A stretch of DNA of 55,179 nucleotides. It comes from a virus (taxonomy: Duplodnaviria > Caudoviricetes). The notes beneath the pieces were generated by a model. The model saw only the letters and a list, made by a program, of their open reading frames with translations, was not told where the DNA came from and ran no database searches. The stretch covers positions 1 to 55,179 of the IMG/VR virus record IMGVR_UViG_3300046734_000050; one strand, 5' to 3'. How positions within the stretch are numbered: the stretch's first letter is position 1; every line of letters begins with the position of its first letter. Positions 1-9,736 of the stretch are shown piece after piece. The translations under genes and the position numbers were made by a program.

Positions 1-266
1 CAAAAGGAAGGAGCTAATTTAGAGATAACAGCATACTGTAAACCTATAAGGAAAAAATAAAATGTTAGCAGAACTAGCCGCAGCTAACGCTGCTTTCAGC
101 GTCATAAAACAATTTGTGTCCAACGGTAAAGAACTGAGTGGGTGTGCAAAACATATAAGCGATTTCGTATTCTCTAAAGAAGCAATAGAAAAGAACCTAA
201 AGAAAAAGAAAGCTAAAGGTGTAGGAGGTACAGACTTAGAAGAGTTCATGGCTCTTGAGCAGATAA
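1..266 (+). repeat. Terminal direct repeat / circular overlap, copy 1
   Basis: Matches 54914-55179 except at positions 100, 142, 166, 190 and 220. Confidence 0.97.
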
Positions 267-505
267 AAGAAAAAGAAGAAGAACTCAAGAAGATGATGAT
301 ATATCTAGGCAGACCCGGATTATGGCAAGATTGGCAAGCCTTCCAAGCTGAAGCACGTAAGTCTAGACGCTATCAAGAAAAGATGGCAGAGAAGCGTCAA
401 CAAGAACTAATGGAATATGTAGGCTACGGAATAGCATTTATAGTTGTTATATTCTTTGCAGGACTGTTAGCGTGGGCTGCAGGTAAATGGGTAGGAAAGT
501 TTTGA
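62..505 (+). CDS. Hypothetical protein, coiled coil with C-terminal TM helix
   Basis: 147-aa ORF with AAGGA RBS; hydrophobic C-terminus YGIAFIVVIFFAGLLAWAAG; mismatches against the second copy are all synonymous in this frame. Confidence 0.85.
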   Translation: MLAELAAANAAFSVIKQFVSNGKELSGCAKHISDFVFSKEAIEKNLKKKKAKGVGGTDLEEFMALEQIKEKEEELKKMMIYLGRPGLWQDWQAFQAEARKSRRYQEKMAEKRQQELMEYVGYGIAFIVVIFFAGLLAWAAGKWVGKF

Positions 506-642
506 GTCCTTGTGTAGGCATCTGTAAGTTACAAGGAAATGTCTGTACAGGATGCTTTAGAACAATAGAACAAATAAAGGAAGCATATGAGAGCACCACA
601 AAAATCTCTAGCAAATTGGACAAAACAAAAGTGGCGAACTAA
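502..642 (+). CDS. Small Cys-motif protein, DUF1289-like (not in ORF track)
   Basis: TTG start overlapping the upstream stop; MSPCVGICKLQGNVCTGCFRTIEQI shows the SPCxxxC...CxGCxRT pattern. Confidence 0.7.
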   Translation: MSPCVGICKLQGNVCTGCFRTIEQIKEAYESTTKISSKLDKTKVAN

Positions 643-832
643 AAGTGGGAAGCCTAGTACACAAGGGAGTAAAGCAACAGGTGAACGTTATCTACCTGAA
701 AAAGCAATTAAGGCTCTTTCTTCCAGTGAATACGCCGCCAGTACGGCTGCTAAACGAAAAGCAACTAGAGCAGGTAGACAGGTATCTAAACAGCCCAAAA
801 AGATTGCTACAAAAACGGCGAGATTTAGATGA
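587..832 (+). CDS. Small basic hypothetical protein
   Basis: 81 aa, Lys/Arg-rich, AAGGAAG RBS. Confidence 0.8.
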   Translation: MRAPQKSLANWTKQKWRTKSGKPSTQGSKATGERYLPEKAIKALSSSEYAASTAAKRKATRAGRQVSKQPKKIATKTARFR

Positions 833-960
833 AAAAATACGAATTTTATCTCGCTTTAGCGAAGCCCTTCCAGAAGGTAGGAAACTATCTAATGCTAAAA
901 CACGTAAAGGCTCTGAGACAGTGGCAAGCAAAACAAAGAATTAGGCAGGAAAGACTTTAG
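829..960 (+). CDS. Small hypothetical protein (not in ORF track)
   Basis: ATGA overlap with upstream stop; MKKYEFYLALAKPFQKVG...QERL fills the gap exactly. Confidence 0.55.
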   Translation: MKKYEFYLALAKPFQKVGNYLMLKHVKALRQWQAKQRIRQERL

Positions 961-1208
961 TGGTAACCGTTGAACAATTCTTAGAATGGAAAATACTTCC
1001 TAGATGTATGATGCTTGCAAGCACAGTAATGTCATGGAGATGTGCAGAATGGTTTATGGAACTTGATGCACCAACAGCGGCTCAGTCAGCTTTCGTGTCA
1101 GTAGTTATGGGTGTGATGACAGGTGTCTTTGGTATTTGGATGGGTCACGAACATAAAGGAGATAGTAATGTTAACAGCGTTGATAGGACCAATCGCAAAT
1201 CTCGCTAG
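960..1208 (+). CDS. Two-TM membrane protein, holin candidate
   Basis: Two hydrophobic segments; lies in the lysis cluster upstream of the lysozyme. Confidence 0.6.
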   Translation: MVTVEQFLEWKILPRCMMLASTVMSWRCAEWFMELDAPTAAQSAFVSVVMGVMTGVFGIWMGHEHKGDSNVNSVDRTNRKSR

Positions 1209-1560
1209 TTCTTGGATGGACAGCAAGGTTGAGAAGGTTAAAGCTGAAGGACAGGCAAAGGTAGCACAAGCTAAAGCTAAAGCAGTTGTAGCTGAGAAGG
1301 TAGCAACAGGCGAAGTTGAATGGGAAAAGTCTATGGCAGATGCCACAGATAATTCATGGAAAGACGAATTTGCCTTGACAGTTTTACTTTTACCTGCTAT
1401 ACTAGTGTTCATTCCTAGCATGACAGAATATGTAAGAACAGGGTTTGAGGTATTGAATACACTTCCTGAGTGGTATCAATATCTTTTGTTTATAGCAATT
1501 AGTGCATCGTTTGGTATTAAGGGTGCAGGTCAGGCTATGAAGATTATGAGGAAAAAATAA
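1168..1560 (+). CDS. Holin-like membrane protein (3TM-holin type)
   Basis: AAGGAG RBS before ATG 1168; SWKDE motif followed by TM segments; basic C-terminus; upstream of lysozyme. Confidence 0.65.
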   Translation: MLTALIGPIANLASSWMDSKVEKVKAEGQAKVAQAKAKAVVAEKVATGEVEWEKSMADATDNSWKDEFALTVLLLPAILVFIPSMTEYVRTGFEVLNTLPEWYQYLLFIAISASFGIKGAGQAMKIMRKK

Positions 1561-1655
1561 TGTTTGCTTGGTTTAAAAACTTATTTATACATTCTAGCGG
1601 AGACTTATCTAAGCATAGACTACACACAACCAAGTATCAAGACTTGTGCATGTAA
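1560..1655 (+). CDS. 31-aa hypothetical protein (not in ORF track)
   Basis: TAATG coupling to upstream gene, GAGG RBS; MFAWFKNLFIHSSGDLSKHRLHTTKYQDLCM. Confidence 0.45.
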   Translation: MFAWFKNLFIHSSGDLSKHRLHTTKYQDLCM

Positions 1656-1664
1656 AGGAAGACA

Positions 1665-2132
1665 ATGAACTTAATAAAACTACAAGATGAAATAGCAGAC
1701 GATGAAGGCGTTAAGTACGAAATATATAAATGTTCAGAAGGATACCCTACAGGGGGTATTGGACATCTGATTACAGAATGGGATGAAGAGTATTATGAAA
1801 AACCCATAGGAACAAGGATTCCACATGAACAAGTGGATGATTGGTTTGCGAAAGACATAGAAACAACTATAAAAGATTGTAACCTATTGTTTTCGCAATT
1901 CGATAATCTACCTGAAGATATACAACATGTATTAGCCAATATGTGTTTTCAATTAGGTAGACCTCGCCTATCTAAATTTAAGAATATGATTGCCGCCGTA
2001 GAAGATTTAGATTGGCATAAAATGGCAGACGAAATGGAAGATTCTCGTTGGTTTAAACAGACTCCCAATAGAGCAAAACGTCTAATAGCAATCGTGGATA
2101 GGCAGCATCATAGAGAGAACCCACCCGTATGA
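1665..2132 (+). CDS. Lysozyme / endolysin (T4-like, GH24)
   Basis: DEGVKYEIYKCSEGYPTGGIGHL catalytic region; NMCFQLG; SRWFKQTPNRAKRL. Confidence 0.9.
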   Translation: MNLIKLQDEIADDEGVKYEIYKCSEGYPTGGIGHLITEWDEEYYEKPIGTRIPHEQVDDWFAKDIETTIKDCNLLFSQFDNLPEDIQHVLANMCFQLGRPRLSKFKNMIAAVEDLDWHKMADEMEDSRWFKQTPNRAKRLIAIVDRQHHRENPPV

Positions 2133-2491
2133 GTAGACAACTAACCGAAAGACAACAAAAGTTTCTTGATGTACTATTTGATGGTGCAGGTGGAGATGTC
2201 GCACAGGCTAAAGTGCTTGCAGGATATTCTGAAACATCTAGTACAACAGATATAATAAAATCTCTCAAAGAAGAGATTATGGAAGCTACACAATTATATA
2301 TGGGTAGAAACGCACCTAAAGCCGCTGTGGCTATGGTAAGTGGTGTAGATGACCCTACCCAGCTTGGCATACGAGATAAGCTCTCAGCAAGCAAAGAACT
2401 GCTAGACAGAGTAGGTTTAATTAAGACCGAGAAGGTACAAGTAGAGGCATCAGGTGGTGTTATGATATTACCTCCTAAAAATAAAGAGTAG
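2129..2491 (+). CDS. terS: Probable terminase small subunit
   Basis: LTERQQKFL...AKVLAGYS N-terminal HTH pattern; ELLDRVG; just upstream of TerL. Confidence 0.6.
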   Translation: MSRQLTERQQKFLDVLFDGAGGDVAQAKVLAGYSETSSTTDIIKSLKEEIMEATQLYMGRNAPKAAVAMVSGVDDPTQLGIRDKLSASKELLDRVGLIKTEKVQVEASGGVMILPPKNKE

Positions 2492-2492
2492 A

Positions 2493-2897
2493 ATGACAGT
2501 AAGAAGTTTAGGTAAGTGGAAGTTACCACAACCTACAGACATAAAGGATGAAGAAGGTAAAGAGTGGTCTAAGATACCACGTATATCACGAATAATACCT
2601 TTTGGATATGAAAAAGATAAAGAAGACCCTGACGTACTTAATCCAATACCCTTTGAACTTGAAGCTATTGAAATGGCTAGAAAGTATGTAAGACAGTATT
2701 CCTATAGGCAAGTTGCTAATTGGGTTACTCAAAAAACAGGTAGAGAAATATCTCACGTAGGATTAAGAAAAAGGTTAATGCATGAGCAACAACGTAAGAA
2801 CCAAGCTAGAACTCTCAGAAAATGGTCTGAGTACGCCCAGAAAGCAATCGAAAAGGCGAAAGCCATTGAAGAAGAAAGACTCGGTTCAAAAACCTAG
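2493..2897 (+). CDS. Hypothetical HTH-like DNA-binding protein
   Basis: IPFGY...SYRQVANWVTQKTGREISHVGLRKRL resembles a recombinase-type HTH. Confidence 0.6.
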   Translation: MTVRSLGKWKLPQPTDIKDEEGKEWSKIPRISRIIPFGYEKDKEDPDVLNPIPFELEAIEMARKYVRQYSYRQVANWVTQKTGREISHVGLRKRLMHEQQRKNQARTLRKWSEYAQKAIEKAKAIEEERLGSKT

Positions 2898-4326
2898 TAT
2901 AGTTGAAGTAGAAAGATTAGAAGAAGAATCTCTTAATGTAATCTTTAAACCAAATGCAGGACCACAGACAGAGTTTCTTGCGGCAAATGAAAGAGAAGTA
3001 TTATATGGAGGTAGTGCAGGTGGTGGTAAATCATATGCTATGCTTGCAGACCCTTTAAGATATATGGGTCATCCATCGTTTAGTGGTTTATTATTAAGAC
3101 ATACAACAGAAGAACTTAGAGAATTAGTATGGAAGTCACAAGAATTATATCCTAAGATTTGGAAGGGTATAAAATGGTCAGAAAGAAAGATGCAATGGGT
3201 AGCACCATCAGGTGCTAGATTGTGGATGTCATACCTTGACAGAGATGATGACGTATTAAGATATCAAGGATTGGCATTTAGTTGGATAGGGTTTGACGAG
3301 TTAACGCAGTGGGCAACTCCATTTTCATGGAATTACATGCGTTCACGTTTAAGAACAGCATCATCAGATTTGCCAATCTATATGAGGGCAACCACAAACC
3401 CGGGAGGTCCGGGTCATGGTTGGGTCAAAAAAATGTTTATTGACCCCGCACCATATGGAAAGACATTTGATGCAACAGATATTGAGACCGGGGAAATACT
3501 TAAGTATCCAGCAGGACATAGCAAAGCTGGACAATCGTTATTTAAAAGGAAATTTATCCCTGCAAGATTACTTGACAATCCGTATTTATCTAGAGAAGGT
3601 GATTACGAAGCAATGTTGCTATCACTCCCAGAGCAACAGCGTAGGCAATTACTTGAAGGCGATTGGGATATTAAAGAAGGTGCCGCTTTTACGGAGTTCA
3701 ATCGTGATATTCACGTTGTTGAGCCTTTTCACATCCCTAGTAATTGGGTCAAATTTAGGGCTTGTGATTATGGGTATGGTTCTTATAGTGGGGTGTTATG
3801 GTTTGCTGTCTCACCATCTGAACAACTTATTGTTTATAGAGAACTCTATGTTAGCAAAGTCCTTGCCACAGATTTGGCAGATATGATAAATGAATTGGAA
3901 GCAGAAGATGGAAATATTAAGTACGGTGTTCTTGACAGTAGCCTTTGGCACAAACGTGGTGATACTGGTCCTTCTCTTGCGGAACAAATGATACAGAGAG
4001 GGTGTCGTTGGAGACCTTCTGATAGAAGTAAAGGTAGTCGTGTATCAGGTAAGAATGAGATACATAGACGTTTGCAAGTAGACGAATATACAGAAGAACC
4101 TAGAATAGTGTTTTTTAATACGTGTACTAATACGGTTTCGCAATTACCTTCTATACCTTTGGATAAAAAAAATCCCGAAGACGTAGATACTAGAGCCGAA
4201 GACCACTTGTATGATGCATTAAGATATGGTATAATGTCACGACCAAGATTTAGTATATTTGATTACGACCCACATGGCAGACCTTCTAGTAGTATGCCTG
4301 TAGCAGATTCAACGTTTGGATATTAA
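2782..4326 (+). CDS. terL: Terminase large subunit
   Basis: Walker A YGGSAGGGKS, Walker B IGFDELTQW, ATTNPGG, nuclease DYGY and EDHLYDALRY; start uncertain. Confidence 0.95.
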   Translation: MSNNVRTKLELSENGLSTPRKQSKRRKPLKKKDSVQKPSIVEVERLEEESLNVIFKPNAGPQTEFLAANEREVLYGGSAGGGKSYAMLADPLRYMGHPSFSGLLLRHTTEELRELVWKSQELYPKIWKGIKWSERKMQWVAPSGARLWMSYLDRDDDVLRYQGLAFSWIGFDELTQWATPFSWNYMRSRLRTASSDLPIYMRATTNPGGPGHGWVKKMFIDPAPYGKTFDATDIETGEILKYPAGHSKAGQSLFKRKFIPARLLDNPYLSREGDYEAMLLSLPEQQRRQLLEGDWDIKEGAAFTEFNRDIHVVEPFHIPSNWVKFRACDYGYGSYSGVLWFAVSPSEQLIVYRELYVSKVLATDLADMINELEAEDGNIKYGVLDSSLWHKRGDTGPSLAEQMIQRGCRWRPSDRSKGSRVSGKNEIHRRLQVDEYTEEPRIVFFNTCTNTVSQLPSIPLDKKNPEDVDTRAEDHLYDALRYGIMSRPRFSIFDYDPHGRPSSSMPVADSTFGY

Positions 4327-4327
4327 T

Positions 4328-6457
4328 ATGGCTGAAGACGAAATAAATTTAGAAGATGATGCGATTGCATTAGAGGACTCTAAAGATTCTGATGTAACTG
4401 ATGTAGAAGTAAAAGGTATTGCTAGTCATGTTATGTCACAGTTTAAAAAATCAGAAGACTACAGATATGATGATGAAACAAGATGGGTTCGTGCCTATAG
4501 AAATTATAGAGGTATATATGGACCTGATGTTCAGTTTACGGAAGCCGAAAAGTCTAGAGTATTTATTAAAATAACTAAAACAAAAACATTAGCCGCTTAT
4601 GGACAGATTGCTGATGTATTATTTGCGGGAAATAAATTTCCTATAAGCATAGAGCCAACAGAGTTACCAGAAGGAATTGCTAAAGATGTTAGTTTCGACC
4701 CTAAAGAACCTCAAGAATTACGTAATCAAAATGACAGCGGAGATGTGGTTTCTCCTTACGGTTTTATGGGAGATGGCAAAGAGCTTCCTAAAGGAGCTAC
4801 AGCTAAAAGCTTGCAAGATATGCTTGGTCCTTTGGGGGAAAAGCTTGAAGACGTTGAAAATCTTAAAGAAGGCAGTGGACAAACTCCTACAGCGATAACA
4901 TATAGTCCTGCAATGATTGCAGCTAAGTCTATGGAAAAACAAATCATGGACCAACTGCAAGAATCTCATGCCAACAAACATCTTAGAAGTACAGCTTTTG
5001 AAATGGCGTTGTTTGGTACAGGGGTAATGAAAGGACCTTTTGCTGTTGACAAAGAATACCCAAACTGGGATGAAGAAGGGGAGTATTCTCCTGTATTTAA
5101 AACAATTCCTCAAGTCAGCCATGTTTCCGTTTGGAACTTTTATCCTGACCCTGATAGTACTAATATTGAACAAGCACAATACATAATAGAACGACACAAA
5201 ATGTCACGCTCTGAGCTACGTGCTTTAAAACGAAGACCTTACTTTAGAGATAACGTTATAGAAGAGGTAATATCAGAAGGAGAAAACTATACAAAAAAAT
5301 ATTGGGAAGATGACTTAATAGATTATAATCAAGATAGCTATGTAGAACGTTTTGAAGTTCTTGAATACTGGGGTATGTTAGATACCGAAATGCTTGAAGA
5401 CCAAGGGGTTGATATTCCCAAAGAATTAAAAGACTTTGAAGAGCTACAAGTTAATGTGTGGGTTTCTGGGGGTAGATTACTTAGAGTTGTACTTAACCCA
5501 TTTAAACCTGCTAAGATACCATACATGGCTGCACCTTATGAATTAAATCCATATTCTTTTTTTGGAATTGGATTAGCAGAAAATATGGATGACACACAAA
5601 CATTGATGAATGGTTTTATGAGAATGGCTGTTGATAATGCGGTGTTATCAGGTAATTTACTTATAGAGGTGGATGAAACAAACTTAGTTCCGGGACAAGA
5701 CTTATCTGTATATCCGGGTAAAGTATTTAGAAGGCAAGGTGGTGCACCGGGTCAAGCTATCTTCGGTACGAAGTTTCCAAATGTATCAAATGAAAACTTA
5801 CAATTGTTTGATAAAGCTAGACAACTAGCAGATGAGAGTACAGGATTACCATCATTCTCTCATGGACAAACAGGAGTATCCGGTGTAGGAAGAACTGCAT
5901 CAGGCATATCTATGTTAATGAACGCAGCAAGTGGCAGTATTAAAACTGTTATTAAAAATGTAGATGATTATTTACTTAAGCCTTTAGGTGAAGGATTGTT
6001 TAGATTTAATATGCAATTTAATTTTAACCCAGAAATAAGAGGTGATTTAGAAGTTCATGCTAGAGGAACGGAAAGCCTAATGGCAAACGAAGTCCGTAGC
6101 CAAAGACTAATGCAATTTTTACAAACTGCATCTAATCCTGCCCTTGCTCCGTTTGCTAAGTTTAATTATATAATTAGAGAAATAGCAAAAGCTATGGATT
6201 TAGACCCATCAAAGGTTACTAACAATATGGATGAAGCTGTTTTACAAGCGGAGTTACTTAAACAGTTTCAAGGACCTCCACCACCTCAAGGTCAAGCTCC
6301 AGCAGGTGCAAATCCAATGGACTCCACAGGAGCAGGGGGAGGAACAATAGGAACAGGTCAAGTGCCGCAACCGAATGAACAAGGATTTAGTGGAAATGGA
6401 CAAGCAAATACTGGGCAACCTCAAACCCCTAGTCAGCCACCAGCACCAACTCAATAA
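4328..6457 (+). CDS. Portal protein
   Basis: ~710 aa directly after TerL; FGTGVMKG, WNFYPDP, RTASGISML motifs typical of podovirus portals. Confidence 0.9.
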   Translation: MAEDEINLEDDAIALEDSKDSDVTDVEVKGIASHVMSQFKKSEDYRYDDETRWVRAYRNYRGIYGPDVQFTEAEKSRVFIKITKTKTLAAYGQIADVLFAGNKFPISIEPTELPEGIAKDVSFDPKEPQELRNQNDSGDVVSPYGFMGDGKELPKGATAKSLQDMLGPLGEKLEDVENLKEGSGQTPTAITYSPAMIAAKSMEKQIMDQLQESHANKHLRSTAFEMALFGTGVMKGPFAVDKEYPNWDEEGEYSPVFKTIPQVSHVSVWNFYPDPDSTNIEQAQYIIERHKMSRSELRALKRRPYFRDNVIEEVISEGENYTKKYWEDDLIDYNQDSYVERFEVLEYWGMLDTEMLEDQGVDIPKELKDFEELQVNVWVSGGRLLRVVLNPFKPAKIPYMAAPYELNPYSFFGIGLAENMDDTQTLMNGFMRMAVDNAVLSGNLLIEVDETNLVPGQDLSVYPGKVFRRQGGAPGQAIFGTKFPNVSNENLQLFDKARQLADESTGLPSFSHGQTGVSGVGRTASGISMLMNAASGSIKTVIKNVDDYLLKPLGEGLFRFNMQFNFNPEIRGDLEVHARGTESLMANEVRSQRLMQFLQTASNPALAPFAKFNYIIREIAKAMDLDPSKVTNNMDEAVLQAELLKQFQGPPPPQGQAPAGANPMDSTGAGGGTIGTGQVPQPNEQGFSGNGQANTGQPQTPSQPPAPTQ

Positions 6458-6602
6458 GTATTTAGATGCTTTAATAGAACAGCATCATAAAGCTATAGAG
6501 CAAACAGAAGATACAGTTGTTATGTATAGAACGCAAGGTGCAATAGCAGCATTGAGAAGATTAAAATATTTAAGAGACGAGGTAAATAAAAACGATGGCT
6601 AA
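6396..6602 (+). CDS. Small conserved protein after portal
   Basis: YRTQGAIAALRRLKYLRDEV; position typical for podoviruses. Confidence 0.7.
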   Translation: MDKQILGNLKPLVSHQHQLNKYLDALIEQHHKAIEQTEDTVVMYRTQGAIAALRRLKYLRDEVNKNDG

Positions 6603-8628
6603 AAAACCTGTAAGCGACCAAATGGAATTGTTTGAAGATGGCGGTTTAAAAGACCAAGGAAAAACTAAAGACCCTGTATCAAATAACCCCGTACCTATTG
6701 GCTCTACTCAAGAAGAAGTAAGAGATGATATACCTGCTCAACTAAGCGAAGGTGAATTTGTGTTACCTGCGGATGTTGTAAGATATCATGGCTTAGAAAA
6801 AATTATGGGTATTAGAGACCAAGCTAAACAAGGTTTACAAAAGATGGAACAAATGGGTCAAATGGGTAATTCTGACCAAGCTACCATACCTGACGGTGTA
6901 CCTTTTAAACAAATGGCAGAAGGTGGTGTAGTTCCGGGTGTTAATATACAAGGACCTACAACACAACTTACTAAACCATCTATGTTTGCTGCCCCTGCTC
7001 AAACACAACCACAACAAGTTGCACAGCCTGTTACTGTACAAACGCCAAAAGCACCTGTGTATGCGTCTTCTCAAGTAATGCCTAAAGTACCTTATACGTT
7101 TGAACAAGCTATAGGTACACCATTTGGACAACAGCAACAATCAGAAACACGTGTATATATAAATGATGCAGGTGAAAAACTATATATACCTTTTGTTAAT
7201 GAGCAACCTATATATCCTATTCCAGCAGGTTATAAACCTGAACCTGTTGCTGAAAAAGAAAAAGAACAAGAGCAGACAGTAACTGATGTTCGTGCTAGAA
7301 GTGCTACTACGCAAGATACTGGAGATGATAGTGTAGGTATTAAATCTACAGCGGTATCTGATTTAGCTAAAGCCGCACAAAGAAGAGAAGCGGGAGTAGG
7401 CAAAGGTTTAGCTACAGCAGTAGGTGCTTTAATTAATCCTATAGCAGCTATTGGTGGAACTATTATAAGTAGCTTAACAGGTAGAGATAAACCTGAAACA
7501 TTAACTCCTGCAGAAGCTCTTGATGAAGAACGAGCATTTGAAGGTATAACTCCACAAGAAGTGTTAGAAGAAAATTCACAAAAAGCTTTTGATACAGATA
7601 TAAGAAATGCTACTGCTATGTTTGGTGCTACTCCAACATTTAAGTTTGGAACAGGTGCAGGAGATGTAGACATAGCAACTAATGGTGTATATCACAATAG
7701 TGGTTTAGCTATGAATAATAATGGTTCTGCTGCATTAACAGAACAAGGAACTGTTTCATATAAAAGTGCAGCAGACTTTGCTAAACATATGTCAGCTAGT
7801 TTTAATACAGGTTGGCATGGTTCTACTGTATCTACAAAAGAATATAACGCATTAGGGCAAAAGGGAAAAGAAAGATATGATGCATGGGCAACAGAGCTAG
7901 GATATAAAACAGGTGGCGGTACTAAATTTGCCGACCCTAAAGATGATAGACTTACTAAAGTAGGAGATGAAATAAAAGGTGGAGACCAAAAACCCAAAAC
8001 TACTACTACTATGGGATATGTAGAACCTTTTGATGAAGTTACACCAAGTAGAAAAACCGATACTACAAAATTTACTGGAGCTTTTCCAACGCCTAAACCA
8101 TCAGTTTTAACAAAAGGAGATTCAAGAGTTTCTACTCCAAAAGGTGCAGTAACTCAAGTAGACCAATTTTTACAATTATCTCCTAAAGTTCAGAGAGAAC
8201 TTAAAGTAGGTTTAGCAAGAGACCCTAGTTTACTTAAAGACCCTTTTGAAAATATGTCACCTAATAAATTAGCATCTTTAAAAAAAGCAGCAAAGAAAAC
8301 TCAAGATATATATGATGATATGTATAAAGGCAGAAAAGGTGCAGGTATTTCAAACATAGCTTCTCAAGAATACTTAGATAGAAATGAAGAAGCAGCTCAA
8401 CGAGGTGGTGATTATGGTGTAGGTAGTAGTTTGTATAGTGACTTTGGAACTGTAACACCAAGTTATGATGATAATAATTCTAGCGATGATGACGGTGGTC
8501 AAAGTAGTGGTGGCGGTTCTGCATCATCCGATATGGGATTTTCTACTGCATCAGGTGGTTTTATACAAAGAAAGAATTTACCTAAAGCTAATAAGAAGAA
8601 GCGAGGTGGGTTGGCTTCAAGACAATAA
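6595..8628 (+). CDS. Large low-complexity hypothetical protein, probably virion-associated
   Basis: 677 aa; DDIPAQLSEGEFVLPADVVRYHG motif; FEDGG/MAEGG motifs; between portal and scaffold. Confidence 0.7.
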   Translation: MAKKPVSDQMELFEDGGLKDQGKTKDPVSNNPVPIGSTQEEVRDDIPAQLSEGEFVLPADVVRYHGLEKIMGIRDQAKQGLQKMEQMGQMGNSDQATIPDGVPFKQMAEGGVVPGVNIQGPTTQLTKPSMFAAPAQTQPQQVAQPVTVQTPKAPVYASSQVMPKVPYTFEQAIGTPFGQQQQSETRVYINDAGEKLYIPFVNEQPIYPIPAGYKPEPVAEKEKEQEQTVTDVRARSATTQDTGDDSVGIKSTAVSDLAKAAQRREAGVGKGLATAVGALINPIAAIGGTIISSLTGRDKPETLTPAEALDEERAFEGITPQEVLEENSQKAFDTDIRNATAMFGATPTFKFGTGAGDVDIATNGVYHNSGLAMNNNGSAALTEQGTVSYKSAADFAKHMSASFNTGWHGSTVSTKEYNALGQKGKERYDAWATELGYKTGGGTKFADPKDDRLTKVGDEIKGGDQKPKTTTTMGYVEPFDEVTPSRKTDTTKFTGAFPTPKPSVLTKGDSRVSTPKGAVTQVDQFLQLSPKVQRELKVGLARDPSLLKDPFENMSPNKLASLKKAAKKTQDIYDDMYKGRKGAGISNIASQEYLDRNEEAAQRGGDYGVGSSLYSDFGTVTPSYDDNNSSDDDGGQSSGGGSASSDMGFSTASGGFIQRKNLPKANKKKRGGLASRQ

Positions 8629-8638
8629 CCCACATATA

Positions 8639-8683
8639 GGCTACTTATCCCCCAACATATTTGGCTACGATAACCCCAAGGAG
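8639..8683 (+). promoter_or_regulatory. Structured RNA leader abutting the scaffold RBS
   Basis: TTATC/GATAA and CCAA/TTGG stems with repeated CC/CTAC internal loops, followed by AAGGAG. Confidence 0.5.
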
Positions 8684-8690
8684 AAAATAA

Positions 8691-9566
8691 ATGGCAGAAG
8701 CTATGATTAAGGAAGCAACACCTAAAAAAGTTGCATTTGTAACTAAACCTTACACGCAAGAAGAAAGAATAAAAAAAGAAGAAGCTGAATTAGAACAGCT
8801 ATTGAAAGAACAAAAGGGTGAAGTTGAAACTGAAGCTAAAGAAGCGGAAAATAATAATGAAGAAGAACCGACTTCTGCTGAAGAGAAAACTTTTAAAAAG
8901 CGTTATGGAGACTTACGAAGACATACCCAAGAAAAGGAACGAGAGTTTCAAAAGCAACTAAGTGATTTGAAAGAACAGTTAGATAAAGCAACTAAAAAAG
9001 AAATGAAACTTCCTAAGTCGGATGAAGATATAAGTGAATGGGCAAAGGAATACCCTGATGTAGCGGCTATAGTAGAAACAATTGCTACAAAAAAAGCAAG
9101 AGAGCAATCAGAAGATATAGCTAAACGAATAAAAGAAATAGATGAAAGAGATGCTAACTCCGTAAAAGAGAAAGCTGAATTAGAATTACTACGAATACAT
9201 CCAGATTTCGTAGACATAAGAGAAAGTGATGACTTCCATGATTGGGCAGAAGACCAACCACAATGGGTACAAAATGCTTTGTACGAAAACAATAATGATG
9301 CCAAATCTGCAGCAAGAGCAATCGACCTCTATAAGGCAGATAAGGGAATTAGTAAGACAAAAGAGAAGTCAGATGATGCAGGTGCTGCTAAAGCAGTCAC
9401 AACGAAAGGCAAAACGACTCCTTCAGAAACTAGCAAAAGCGTAGGGTTTAAAGAGTCTCAAGTAGACAAAATGAGTCCTCAAGAGTATGAAGCTAAGTCA
9501 GAACAGATAATGGAAGCTATTAGGTCAGGCAATTTTATATATGATATATCAGGAAATGCAAGATAA
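8691..9566 (+). CDS. Capsid scaffolding protein
   Basis: Acidic coiled coil, FKKRYGDLRR motif, C-terminal MSPQEYE...IMEAIRSG; directly upstream of the major capsid gene. Confidence 0.8.
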   Translation: MAEAMIKEATPKKVAFVTKPYTQEERIKKEEAELEQLLKEQKGEVETEAKEAENNNEEEPTSAEEKTFKKRYGDLRRHTQEKEREFQKQLSDLKEQLDKATKKEMKLPKSDEDISEWAKEYPDVAAIVETIATKKAREQSEDIAKRIKEIDERDANSVKEKAELELLRIHPDFVDIRESDDFHDWAEDQPQWVQNALYENNNDAKSAARAIDLYKADKGISKTKEKSDDAGAAKAVTTKGKTTPSETSKSVGFKESQVDKMSPQEYEAKSEQIMEAIRSGNFIYDISGNAR

Positions 9567-9569
9567 TAG

Positions 9570-9597
9570 TTGACAAGTAATTTATTATAGGTATAAC
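9570..9597 (+). promoter_or_regulatory. Sigma70-like promoter for capsid operon
   Basis: TTGACA-N16-TATAAC. Confidence 0.7.
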
Positions 9598-9610
9598 TAT
9601 AATAACTAAA

Positions 9611-9736
9611 AGTGTAACATAACCCCATACTTGGTTACTTGTGTTGCACTATTCCCGAAACTTTAGAGATTACCCAATTATGTGAGCCTACAAAGGAATC
9701 GCTATCCTACGTACAACCTCAACGCATGAATGGTCC
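9611..9736 (+). ncRNA. Structured 5' leader of the major capsid gene (putative cis-regulatory RNA)
   Basis: Hairpin 9611-9650 (AGTGTAACAT/GTGTTGCACT, AACC/GGTT) and a multi-stem 9668-9735 inside a 245-bp non-coding gap. Confidence 0.5.

Noticed and set aside
645-944. 99-aa plus-strand ORF (likewise 3416..3886)
   Set aside because: Alternative frames overlapping better-supported genes (587..832 and 829..960; TerL)
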